Assembly (NCBI GenBank): GCA_965205505.1
Contig: CBDBHB010000008.1
Span: 448,001-512,000 of the forward strand
Direction: 5' to 3'
Origin: Acidobacteriota bacterium
GTDB taxonomy: Bacteria; Acidobacteriota; UBA890; WLXD01
DNA length: 64,000 nt
This document shows, one piece after another, positions 53,010-62,370 of the stretch; the stretch's first letter is position 1; every line of letters begins with the position of its first letter. The notes beneath the pieces are model-generated. The model saw only the letters and a list, made by a program, of their open reading frames with translations. It had not been told where the DNA came from and searched no databases. A program made the position numbers and the translations under genes.

Positions 53010-54207
53010 TCAGCGACTGCCGAGAGCGTACAGATGCCCATCCGCGCTGCCCACATACAGCACGCCGTCGCGCAACACCGGTGAGGACAGGAACGCGCCG
53101 AGGTCGAGGAACATCTCCACCGCCGCGGCGGCTTTGTCTACCGTGTACCCACCGCCGAAGAGCTTCTCGGCATCCCAGCCGCCGTCCGGCAGCAGGATGC
53201 CGTGGGTGTCCTGCATGCTGGCGTCCGTACGAAACTGCCATCTGACGTCCCCGCTGACCGCATCGATAGCGAACAAGAGGCCGCCACAGGTTCCGATGTA
53301 GAAGGTCTCACCGACGATCGCCGGTGACGCGTAGATGCAGGTAGCCAGAGAAACGCCGAACAGCTCCTCGCCGGTCGTCGCGTCGATCGCGCGCAACATA
53401 TTGGTGTCTGAGGTGCCAACGTAGACGCGGTTACCGTAGATGGCGACAGAGCCCAGAACCCATGACCCGCTGGTGTCGAACTTCCACAGGGCGTCTCCGG
53501 TACGGGCGTCGACAACGTGCATGCCGCCGTCGCGGCCGCCAACGTAGACTCGGCCGTTGGCGATGACCGGCGAGGACTGCAGGCCGTGCTGGTTGTAATA
53601 GGTGGGGTCGACGCCGGCCTGGAAGTGCCAGCGCTCCTCGCCCGTGATGGCGTCCACCGCGTAGAGACGACTCTCCATATTGCCGACGTAGACGGTGCCC
53701 TCGGCAATCGCCGGAGTGGAGTGCATCGTGTCGGCCGTCTCGAACGCCCATCGCTCGGCACCGCTATGCGCATCGAGCGCATAAAGTACCCCCTCGCCGG
53801 TGCCGAAGTAGATGACACCGTCGGCGACCACCGGCGACGACAAGAAGAAATCCCACGAGTCGGTGTGCACCTCTCCTTGCGGGGTCATGCCATCGAGATT
53901 CGCGGCGCGCCAGCGGCGCTCGCCGCTGGGCTCGAACCTCCAGACGAGTGCGCCCGAGTCAGCATTCAAGGCGTAGAAGACACCGTCGTAGCTACCGAAG
54001 AAGACGAGCCCGTCGGCAACCGCGGGCGAGGAGCGCACCTGCCCGCCAGTTTCGAAGCGCCACGCCTCACGACCCGTTTCGATGTCGACCGCGTAAAGGG
54101 CGCCGTCGTCGCTGCCGAAATAGACCCTGTCACCGATCACCGCCGGCGAGGAAAGCACCCGCCCGCCGGTGGCAAAACTCCAGACAATGGAGGGCTCCTG
54201 CTCGACG
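53010..54207 (-). pseudogene. PQQ-repeat beta-propeller protein, 5' end deleted
   Basis: Repeated SSPAV...VYFGS.DG.LYA.D..TG...W.F units; the frame continues to about 54207 and collides with a YciI fragment. Confidence 0.8.
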
Positions 54208-54208
54208 C

Positions 54209-54442
54209 ATGGAGGCCTGGGGAAAATGGTTCGAGTCGATCGCCGACAAGCAGCTCGACCAGGGCGGTTTCAGCAGTGGGCGTGAGATCTCAAAAAGCGG
54301 AACCGAAGATCTGCCGTGGGGCATGGAGACCATCACCGGCTTCAATATCATCGAAGCCGAAGATCTCGACGCGGCGGAAAGAATCGCACAAGAAAACCCA
54401 TACATCGCAAGCATCAGGGTCTATGAAATTAGGTCGATGTAG
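54209..54442 (+). pseudogene. YciI/DGPF-like protein, 3' fragment
   Basis: [11 protein letters not shown]...ITGFNIIEAEDLDAAERIAQENP...IRVYE. Confidence 0.65.
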
Positions 54443-54558
54443 GCCGATGGCCCGACCCGGCGCGCGTCATCGTCACCGGCCTGCGGGCTCCTCAGGAGGG
54501 GGCTCCGCAGGCGCCGATCGGTCGAGTTCGACGGCAGAAGCGTAAGCGCGATCTTACG

Positions 54559-55335
54559 TTACTTGAGTGTCACCCAGATCAGATCGATCGTCGTGTCGCC
54601 GGTGTTCCCTGATTCGTGCTGCGCGCTCAGGGGAACCGCGTTCGACCACCCGACGGAGCCGGTCTTCGAGAACGGTGACGGATCGCGCTGCACGCCGCCG
54701 CGGCGTCCCGACCAGATGCCTCCCTTGATGTGGATGTAGACCTGGTTGCCGGGATGCGAGTGGATGCCCTCCCACTCACCGGGGCGGAGGTTGAACCGTT
54801 GTACGACGACACGCTCGTTCTCGAGGAGCACGTCACCGTCGGGATCTGCCAGGTTCGGGTAGGTCAACACAAACTGCGTGTCGGCAGCGGCAACCGGCCC
54901 ATCTTTCTTCAGCGTCACCCAGATCAGATCGATCGGGGCATCGCCGGTGTTGCCGGATTCGTGCCCCTCGCTGAGCGCGATCGGCTCCATCCAGCCCACC
55001 GAACCGTCCTCACGGGCGGCACCGGAGGTAGCCTCGCCTCCTCCTCTACGGCCTGACCATTGCCCGCCCTTGACATGCACGAAAACCTGGTTGCCGGGAT
55101 GCGAGTGGATCCCCTCCCACTCGCCCGGACCCACGACGAACCGTTGCACCACGACAAGCTCGTTCTCGAGCAGCACCTCGCCGCCAGGATTCGCGAGGTT
55201 CGGGTAGGTCAGCAGAAACTGCTCGTCGCTGGCGGCAGCAGGCGCCGGCTCGGGCCGCGTCACAGCTTGCTGACTACCGCCACAGGCGGCAGTGAGGAGG
55301 ATCAAGACAACGTTCAATATCAGGCTACGTCGCAC
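54559..55335 (-). CDS. Lipoprotein with two tandem near-identical cupin domains
   Basis: LTAAC lipobox; the unit VLLENE.VVVQRF...PGEWEGIHSHPGNQV...HESGNTGD..IDLIWVTLK occurs twice. Confidence 0.85.
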   Translation of the reverse strand: MRRSLILNVVLILLTAACGGSQQAVTRPEPAPAAASDEQFLLTYPNLANPGGEVLLENELVVVQRFVVGPGEWEGIHSHPGNQVFVHVKGGQWSGRRGGGEATSGAAREDGSVGWMEPIALSEGHESGNTGDAPIDLIWVTLKKDGPVAAADTQFVLTYPNLADPDGDVLLENERVVVQRFNLRPGEWEGIHSHPGNQVYIHIKGGIWSGRRGGVQRDPSPFSKTGSVGWSNAVPLSAQHESGNTGDTTIDLIWVTLK

Positions 55336-55423
55336 GGTTTTCTCCAGCGCACGATGAGGGGAGCGGGCTGGGGGCAATCGCAGGCGGCCCGCTCGCAGCT
55401 CGGTGTCGACCGCATGGACCGCT

Positions 55424-55843
55424 CTACATCCAGCCGAGCTCCTTCATCGCCCACGGGGCATTCCATATCTTGATCATGCGCTCCACTTCATCGCTCTCGT
55501 TCATGGTTATTACATAGACATAGTGCGTGTTCGTTTCTTTGTTGGTCGGAGGGACCGGACCACCGTCGCCAGTATGCGTGGCGTGGTACGTGGCGAAGAA
55601 AACCGCGCTTCTCGTCGCCTCGTCATAAGAAGAGGTGTGTAGGTCGTAGGTCGCGCCGGGAACTGTCACGTTGGCAAAGCCAGCCATCCACTCGCAGTAA
55701 GCCTCGACCGTGTGTATGTCGACCAGAGGTTCACTCTGCGCGGCGAACGTCGCACCGTCAGCGACATACTCCTTACAAGACTCCCATCCCGTTGCTGCGT
55801 CACAAGCCTTGAAGAATTTCCTGGCGTTGTCGAAAGCGCTCAT
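55424..55843 (-). CDS. SnoaL/NTF2-like protein
   Basis: FFATYHATHTGDGGPVPPTNK...YVYVI...M.KIWN. Confidence 0.8.
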   Translation of the reverse strand: MSAFDNARKFFKACDAATGWESCKEYVADGATFAAQSEPLVDIHTVEAYCEWMAGFANVTVPGATYDLHTSSYDEATRSAVFFATYHATHTGDGGPVPPTNKETNTHYVYVITMNESDEVERMIKIWNAPWAMKELGWM

Positions 55844-55930
55844 CCTCTCCTCCAATAGATGTTCGTGCTGCTCCGGAAGCGACCGGAATCCGGCGTATGG
55901 TATCCGGTGTGCGGGAGTGAGAGTATGACC

Positions 55931-56209
55931 CTAGCAGGCCGTGGTGAAAGTGTGGTGGGTCTGGCAACAGGGTCTTGCGAAGTGCAGGCAAGGAGAGAGG
56001 AGGAGGCGATGGTTACACCATCGTTGACGAGGAACGACGCAGCATACGCGCGCAACCCCCTGTCGCCCGAAGGGTTACGGCGAGTTGGGGCCATTTGCGG
56101 CGTTGGCCTTCCTCGACGATGGCTTGGGCATCGCCTGTGTCAGGCTGCCTTGCATCTGGCCCCAACTGGCCGTAACCAGACCCACCACACTTTCACCACG
56201 GCCTGCTAG
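55931..56209. repeat. Structured element C (279 bp; CTAG + perfect 30-bp TIR)
   Basis: ctag-caggccgtggtgaaagtgtggtgggtctgg at the left end, with its exact reverse complement at 56176-56209. Confidence 0.92.
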
Positions 56210-56337
56210 GTCTAGGGAGTCGCGATCACAGCCACTCGGGCGAGCCACTAGCCGACAGTCCTGACCGGTCCGCTCATGAGTAGCGGATCAACGCGATGCA
56301 GGCGTCAACCCGAGTGCGCGAAGACTGGAATGGGCGC

Positions 56338-58353
56338 ATGAAGAAGTCCGACCGCGACCTGGGGATGGACCGGGGGATCACCCGGCGCGACTTCCTGAAC
56401 GGCACCAGCGCAGCGATCGGCGGCGCGGGCGCGATCGGTGCGGCGGTGCTCCCGGGTGCCAAGGCCGCCGCGGCGGAGCCGCCCAGTACCTCTTCCGCCC
56501 GAACACCGTCGGCGCAGGCCTCGCCCGAGTCCGGGGTTTACTACCCGCCAAAGCTGACCGGGATGCGCGGCAGCCACGAGGGGTCTTTCGAGGTCGCGCA
56601 CGAGATGCGTTACGGGAAGACCTGGGACGAGGCGGAGGACACCGGCGAGAGCTACGATCTGATTGTCGTGGGGGGAGGGTTGAGCGGGCTGGCCGCCGCG
56701 TGGTTTTTCAAGAAAGGGCTCCCTGAATCGAAAGTGCTCGTGCTCGACAACCACGACGACTTCGGCGGCCATGCCAAGCGCAACGAATTCATGGTGAACG
56801 GCCGCCAGGTGATCGGCTTCGGCGGCACGATGTCGATCCACGGCGCCAACAGCTACACGTACGAGGCCAAGGCGCTGCTGGAGGAGATCGGCATCGACAA
56901 ACAGCGTTACCTGGCGACCACCGAGTCAGACCGCGGCCTCTACCGGAGGATGGGCCTGCGTCCGGCCGTGTTCTTCGACCGCGAGACATTCGGCGAGGAT
57001 CGGCTAGTGGTCGGGAGGCCGCGGCGGAGCTCCGATCCAGCCCGACCCGGCTCGCTCACCTGGGAGGAGTTCCTCGCCAAGACGCCGCTGTCCGACAACG
57101 TCAAGAAAGACATGCTCCGACTCTACGAGGGCAAGCGCGACTACCTCCCTGGCTTGTCGCTCGAAGAGAAGAAACAGCGGTTACGTAAGATCAGCTATCA
57201 GGACTATCTGCTCGAGGTCGTGAAGGCGGATCCGGGGGTGATCCCCTACTTCATGCGGCGGGGCGACGCCAATGGCTCGGCCGGGATCGACTCCTGTAGT
57301 GCCTGGGGCGCCCTCCGCACCGGGTGGTTCCCGGGCTTCGATGGGCTCGGGGTGGAACGACCGCCGCAGAGCTGGCTCGGCCCCGGCGACGACTTCGGCA
57401 ACAGCATCCACTTCCCCGACGGCAACGCCGCGGTTGCCCGGCTGATCGTCAGATGGCTGATCCCTAAGGCTCTCCCGGGCACGACGATGGAAGACTCGGT
57501 GGCGACGCCCGTCAACTATGCCGCCATCGACGAGGACGGAAGCCCGGTTCGCATCCGGCTCAACAGCACGGTGGTCAACGCCCGCCACGTCGGCGAGCGC
57601 CGCACCGCCAGCGAAGTCGAGGTGACCTACGTGCGCCACGGGAAGGCGCACCGTGCGCGCGGCGCAACCTGCGTAATGGCCTGCTACAACGCCATGATTC
57701 CCTATCTCTGTCCCGACTTTCCGGAGGAGCAGAAGGAAGCCCTGCACATGGCCGTGCGCAGGCCGCTTGTCTACACCAGCGTCGTGTTGCAGAACTGGAA
57801 GGCCTTCGAGAAGCTCGGCGTGGCGAACATCTACAGCCCAGGCGGATACCACGAGGTAATTGACTTGGACTACGGCCGAAGCCTCGGCGACTACCAGTGC
57901 GCACAGACGCCCGAGGATCCGATGGTGTTGCACCTGCAGCGCTTCCCGATCCACCCTGGGTTGACGGCCCGCGAGCAGTTCCGTGCCGGCCGCGAGGAGT
58001 TGCAGTCGACCTCGTTCGAGACCTTCGAGCGCAATATTCGTGATCAACTGGGCCGTGCCTTGGCGGATGGCGGCTTCGATCCGGCACGCGACATCGAGGC
58101 CATCACGGCGAACCGCTGGCCGCACGGCTACGCTGGCGGCGCCAACGACCTCTACGACCCCGAATGGGGATATGACGAGGTGCCCTGGGTTCGCGGCCGT
58201 CAGCGCTTCGGTCGCATCACGGTGGCCAACTCCGACGCCGGCGCCACCAGCTTGACCCACGCCGCCATCGACCAGGCACACCGGGCGGTGCAGGAGCTGT
58301 TGACCGACGTCATCCGTCCCGAGTTCCAGTACCCGTGGGCCGAGCGAACCTGA
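56338..58353 (+). CDS. Tat-exported FAD oxidoreductase, spermidine dehydrogenase (SpdH)-like, paralog 1
   Basis: TRRDFLNG, YYPPKLTGMRGSH, VGGGLSGL, DNHDDFGGHAKRNEF, HFPDGNA, NRWPHGYA. Confidence 0.85.
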   Translation: MKKSDRDLGMDRGITRRDFLNGTSAAIGGAGAIGAAVLPGAKAAAAEPPSTSSARTPSAQASPESGVYYPPKLTGMRGSHEGSFEVAHEMRYGKTWDEAEDTGESYDLIVVGGGLSGLAAAWFFKKGLPESKVLVLDNHDDFGGHAKRNEFMVNGRQVIGFGGTMSIHGANSYTYEAKALLEEIGIDKQRYLATTESDRGLYRRMGLRPAVFFDRETFGEDRLVVGRPRRSSDPARPGSLTWEEFLAKTPLSDNVKKDMLRLYEGKRDYLPGLSLEEKKQRLRKISYQDYLLEVVKADPGVIPYFMRRGDANGSAGIDSCSAWGALRTGWFPGFDGLGVERPPQSWLGPGDDFGNSIHFPDGNAAVARLIVRWLIPKALPGTTMEDSVATPVNYAAIDEDGSPVRIRLNSTVVNARHVGERRTASEVEVTYVRHGKAHRARGATCVMACYNAMIPYLCPDFPEEQKEALHMAVRRPLVYTSVVLQNWKAFEKLGVANIYSPGGYHEVIDLDYGRSLGDYQCAQTPEDPMVLHLQRFPIHPGLTAREQFRAGREELQSTSFETFERNIRDQLGRALADGGFDPARDIEAITANRWPHGYAGGANDLYDPEWGYDEVPWVRGRQRFGRITVANSDAGATSLTHAAIDQAHRAVQELLTDVIRPEFQYPWAERT

Positions 58354-58409
58354 TCCCGGCATTTGCCGGGCCGCCGCAGTCACGATCAGGCTTCTAGAGG
58401 AGCAAAACG

Positions 58410-60410
58410 ATGAAAAAGACGGGTCGAGAGCTCGGGATGGATCGCGACATCACGCGGCGCGATTTCTTTAACGGCGCCAGTGTAGCGATCGGTGGCACGT
58501 TGTTCTCCGCAGCCACTCCAGCCACTGGAACGCCGGCGGCGGCCGGCGCCGGGCGCCGATCCCAAGCAGCGACGTTGCCACAGAGCTCACCCGACTACTA
58601 CCCGCCGGCATTGACCGGGCTGCGTGGCAGCCACGAGGGTTCCTACGAAGTCGCTCATGAGATGCGGACCGGCAAGACCTGGGACCGAGCCGAGGAGACC
58701 GGCGAGCTCTACGATCTGATCGTCGTCGGTGGCGGGCTCAGCGGGCTGGCGGCAGCGTATTACTTCCGCAAGGCCTTGCCGGAATCCAAGGTCCTGGTTC
58801 TAGACAACCACGACGACTTCGGGGGGCACGCCAAGCGAAACGAGTTCAGGGTCGGCGACCGTCAGGTGATAGGTCATGGCGGCGCGGTCTACATCACCGG
58901 GGCCTACACGCCGGAGGGTAAGGCGTTGCTCGACGACATCGGGCTCAACGCCGAGCGTTTCCGCAAGCTGCCGGACTTCGATCGCGGCCTCTACGGCAGG
59001 ATGGGTCTCCAACGCGGCGTCTTCTTTGACAAGGAGACGTTCGGCGTCGATCGACTCGCCGTCGGTGAGCCGAGTAGCTCGATCAGCTACATCGGCGCTG
59101 CGGCCAGCATGCAGCCCTGGACGGAGTTCCTTGCCAAGACCCCCCTCTCGGAAACGGTACAACAGGATATCGTCCGGCTCCACGAGGACACCCACGACTA
59201 TCTTCCGGGTTTGACCAAGGAACAGAAGATCGAGCGGCTGCGCAAGATCAGCTATCAGGACTATCTTCTGAAGGTCGCGAAAGTGGACCCGGGCGTCATT
59301 CCCTATCTTCTCCGGCGCGGTGACCCGAATGGCGCCGCCGGTATCGATTCCTATAGCGCCTGGGGAGCGCTGCGCTCCGGCTTGTTTCCCGGGCTCGGCG
59401 GTCTCGGGCTCGAGCGGCCCGACAGAAACTGGCTGGGTGAGGAGGAGAACCCGTTGCAGGGCATCCACTTCCCCGACGGGAATGCCGGCGTCGCACGACT
59501 CATCGTCCGCTGGCTGATCCCGAAAGCGCTGCCGGGACACACCATGGAGGACTCGGTGGCGACCCCGGTTCGCTACGCGGCGCTCGATGAATCCGGAAAT
59601 CGGGTCCGCATCCGCCTCAACAGCACCGTCGTAGGCGCGCGGCACGTGGGCGACAAGCGGACAGCAAGCGAAGTGGAGGTCACCTATGTTCGGGACGACA
59701 AGGCCTACCGTGTGCGGGGTGGGACCTGCGTACTCGCTTGCTACAACTCGATGATTCCTTATCTCTGCCCGGAGCTGCCGGACGAGCAGAAAGAGGCACT
59801 GCACATGGCGGTGCGGCGACCTTTCGTCTACAGCAACGTCGTGGTGCGCGACTGGAAGGCTTTTCACAAGCTCGGTGTGTCGGGCGTTCACTGCCCCGGC
59901 AGTTACTACGAATCGATCGACCTGGACTGGGGCGTCAGCCTGGGCGACTACCAGTGCGCCCATACGCCGGACGAGCCGATGTTCCTGCGCCTGATACGTT
60001 CACCCATCGCACCGGGGCTCACCGCCCGGGATCAATTCCGGGCGGGGCGGGAGGAGCTGCAGACCACCACGTTCGAAACATACGAGCGTAATATCAGAGA
60101 GCTGTTGAGCCGAGTGCTGGAGGGCGGAGGCTTCGACCCGGCGCGCGACATCGCTGCCATCACCGTCAACCGCTGGCCGCATGGCTATGCCGGAGGAGCG
60201 AACGATCTCTACGATCCGGAGTGGTCGTACGATCAGGCACCGTGGGTAAAGGGTCGCAAGCGGTTCGGGCGCATCACCGTTGCCAACTCCGACGCGGCAG
60301 CGGTCTGCTTGACACAAGCGGCCTTCGATCAGGCACACCGCGCCGTCGGAGAGCTGGTGACCGACGTCATCCGTCCCGAGTTCCAGTATCCGTGGGCCGA
60401 GCGAACCTGA
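58410..60410 (+). CDS. SpdH-like FAD oxidoreductase, paralog 2
   Basis: Same motif set; identical C-terminus TDVIRPEFQYPWAERT. Confidence 0.85.
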   Translation: MKKTGRELGMDRDITRRDFFNGASVAIGGTLFSAATPATGTPAAAGAGRRSQAATLPQSSPDYYPPALTGLRGSHEGSYEVAHEMRTGKTWDRAEETGELYDLIVVGGGLSGLAAAYYFRKALPESKVLVLDNHDDFGGHAKRNEFRVGDRQVIGHGGAVYITGAYTPEGKALLDDIGLNAERFRKLPDFDRGLYGRMGLQRGVFFDKETFGVDRLAVGEPSSSISYIGAAASMQPWTEFLAKTPLSETVQQDIVRLHEDTHDYLPGLTKEQKIERLRKISYQDYLLKVAKVDPGVIPYLLRRGDPNGAAGIDSYSAWGALRSGLFPGLGGLGLERPDRNWLGEEENPLQGIHFPDGNAGVARLIVRWLIPKALPGHTMEDSVATPVRYAALDESGNRVRIRLNSTVVGARHVGDKRTASEVEVTYVRDDKAYRVRGGTCVLACYNSMIPYLCPELPDEQKEALHMAVRRPFVYSNVVVRDWKAFHKLGVSGVHCPGSYYESIDLDWGVSLGDYQCAHTPDEPMFLRLIRSPIAPGLTARDQFRAGREELQTTTFETYERNIRELLSRVLEGGGFDPARDIAAITVNRWPHGYAGGANDLYDPEWSYDQAPWVKGRKRFGRITVANSDAAAVCLTQAAFDQAHRAVGELVTDVIRPEFQYPWAERT

Positions 60411-60485
60411 TCGCCGCACCCCGAGCCCCATCGATCTCATGAGACAGGGCGCCGTCGGGGCTGGGATTGGGGAGAGACATCGCTT

Positions 60486-60558
60486 CTAGCAGGCCGCCTT
60501 GCATCTGGCCCCAACTCGCCGTAACCAGACCCACCACACTTCCACCACGGCCTGCTAG
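60486..60558. repeat. Internally deleted C-type element (73 bp)
   Basis: ctagcaggccg joined to ccttgcatctggcccc...cacggcctgctag; both CTAG ends retained. Confidence 0.88.
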
Positions 60559-62086
60559 GTCCCCATTTGGCGCAGCAACTCGCTGGCGCACATGTAGCCG
60601 GGGGTTCCGGCTACCGAGCCGCAGGGGTAGGTGCTGGAGCCACAGATGGACACGTTCTCGAACTCCCCGAACTGGTAGAAGCGCCGGTTCGCATCGTCGG
60701 CATATTGTCGATCGAAGTAACTTTGCCCCTCGACGAGCATGGTGTGTTCAATGTTGCCACCTGAAAATCCGAAGGTTTGCTGCAGGTCCCGAGGTGTGAG
60801 CAGCCGAGTCCAGACGCAATCCTCGGGATTGGCGATAAAGCTCAGGATGATCTCCTTTACCTCGGCTTCCACCCCGGCGAGTTGTTCTCCGGTTTGCGCC
60901 AGCGCGAGATTCTTGAAGAACACCGTCAGCCGGTCATAGGCCTCGACGAGGCCGATGTGACGCATGGCTGCGCCTTCGCAATAAACCTGGAAGTAGCCCG
61001 GGGCGAACTCCTCCCCATCTACGACCGCCAGGGTCGCTGCTTCAGAGCCTGCCATCGTGTCCACGGCGAACATGTAGCGGAAAGCCGAGTCGGATTCCGG
61101 ATTCTCACCGCCGTGTTTCCACTGCACAGGATTGCGGAACATGAGGTTGAGTTTGCCGGCAGTGCCAAGCACCCGTTCCTGGGCGGTGTGTTGGATTAGC
61201 GCCGGATCACCGGTCAGGCGCGCGGCGGTTTGAGGATCGGTAGCAAACGCTACGTGGTCCGAGTGGAGCGTCTGCGGGCCGGAGGAATTCCCATAGCGCA
61301 CGATGCCGGTCTTGGTGTCCACTTCGTGCACCGTGCAGGACAACACGAGATCCACCCCCAGTTCCTGGTTGATTCGGCCGAGCTCACGCGTAATCTGCCA
61401 GATGCCGCCCCGCACGTAGCCGTAGTAGCCGCCGAATACCGAGCCGGAGCTCATCATCGGAATAATGAATGCAGAGTGGGGCTCGGACAGGGATACCGGA
61501 CCGCTTTCCGTGACGCTCATGGCAATGTGCAGCTTGGTACGCTCGGCGCTCAGGTAATGATCCAATAGCGTCCTGGCGCTCCCGGTGATCCACAGCGCGG
61601 CCAGGTCTGCCCCCAACTCTGCAACCGTTTTCTCAACGCTGGGCGGCTGACCGGCTCGATAGCCAGCTTGCAGAAAGCGCACCACCCGATCTTTATCGGC
61701 GCGTAGGCCGCCAGATCACCTTGTTCTCCCCACCTGTCGGCGAACTCCCGGGCCGCCTCGGACGCATCACGGTAGATCCGGGTGGGCTGTTCGATGCCAG
61801 GGAAGAACACCAGGTCCGGATGGCTGCCTGCCCTGCCCTGCAAGCGATCCGCCAGACCCGTCTCCCACCAGACAAAGTCCTGCATCAGCCCCAGCGTCGT
61901 AGCGCCGAGAGGGTACTCTTGCCGGATGCCCTGCACCTCGACTGTTTCCGACACACAGGCGCCCCCAACCCGCTCGAGCAGGGTGACCTGGTGCCCAGCG
62001 CGCACCAGGTAGTTGGCCGCGACCAGGCCGTTGATACCAGCACCGATGACAGCGATGTTCTGTGAGGTTTTCGTCACGGAGCACAA
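60555..62086 (-). pseudogene. Phytoene-desaturase-family FAD oxidoreductase, frameshifted near 61700
   Basis: VIGAGINGLVAANYL in ORF 61550-62086; YVRGGIWQIT, LTPRDLQ and CGSSTYPCGSVAGTPG in ORF 60555-61685. Confidence 0.8.
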
Positions 62087-62370
62087 GCTATCATTCCATT
62101 CGGATTCTCAATGTCTCTAGCGGAGAAGGAGAATACCGCGCCGTCAGCCGCCGATTCTCGTTGCACCATTTCGTGCACCCCATTCGCGGCATCCCTGTAG
62201 TACCGTAGTGCACTCTGTGCAACGATCTGCACCGCCACAAGTCTCAGGCGCGTATGTCCGATCGGCCGATGCGGCGTGTTCTCAGGGGTTACCGCAAGCC
62301 TCGGAAACCATAGATACCCGACTCGAAATCTTGTTCCGCGCGGTTGCCGCGTTAGAGAATTGGAGGAGCT

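Noticed and set aside
48732-60558. CRISPR array or TIGR-like array interpretation of the repeats
   Set aside because: The repeats are dispersed inverted pairs, not tandem direct repeats with spacers, and no cas or other effector gene is in the window.
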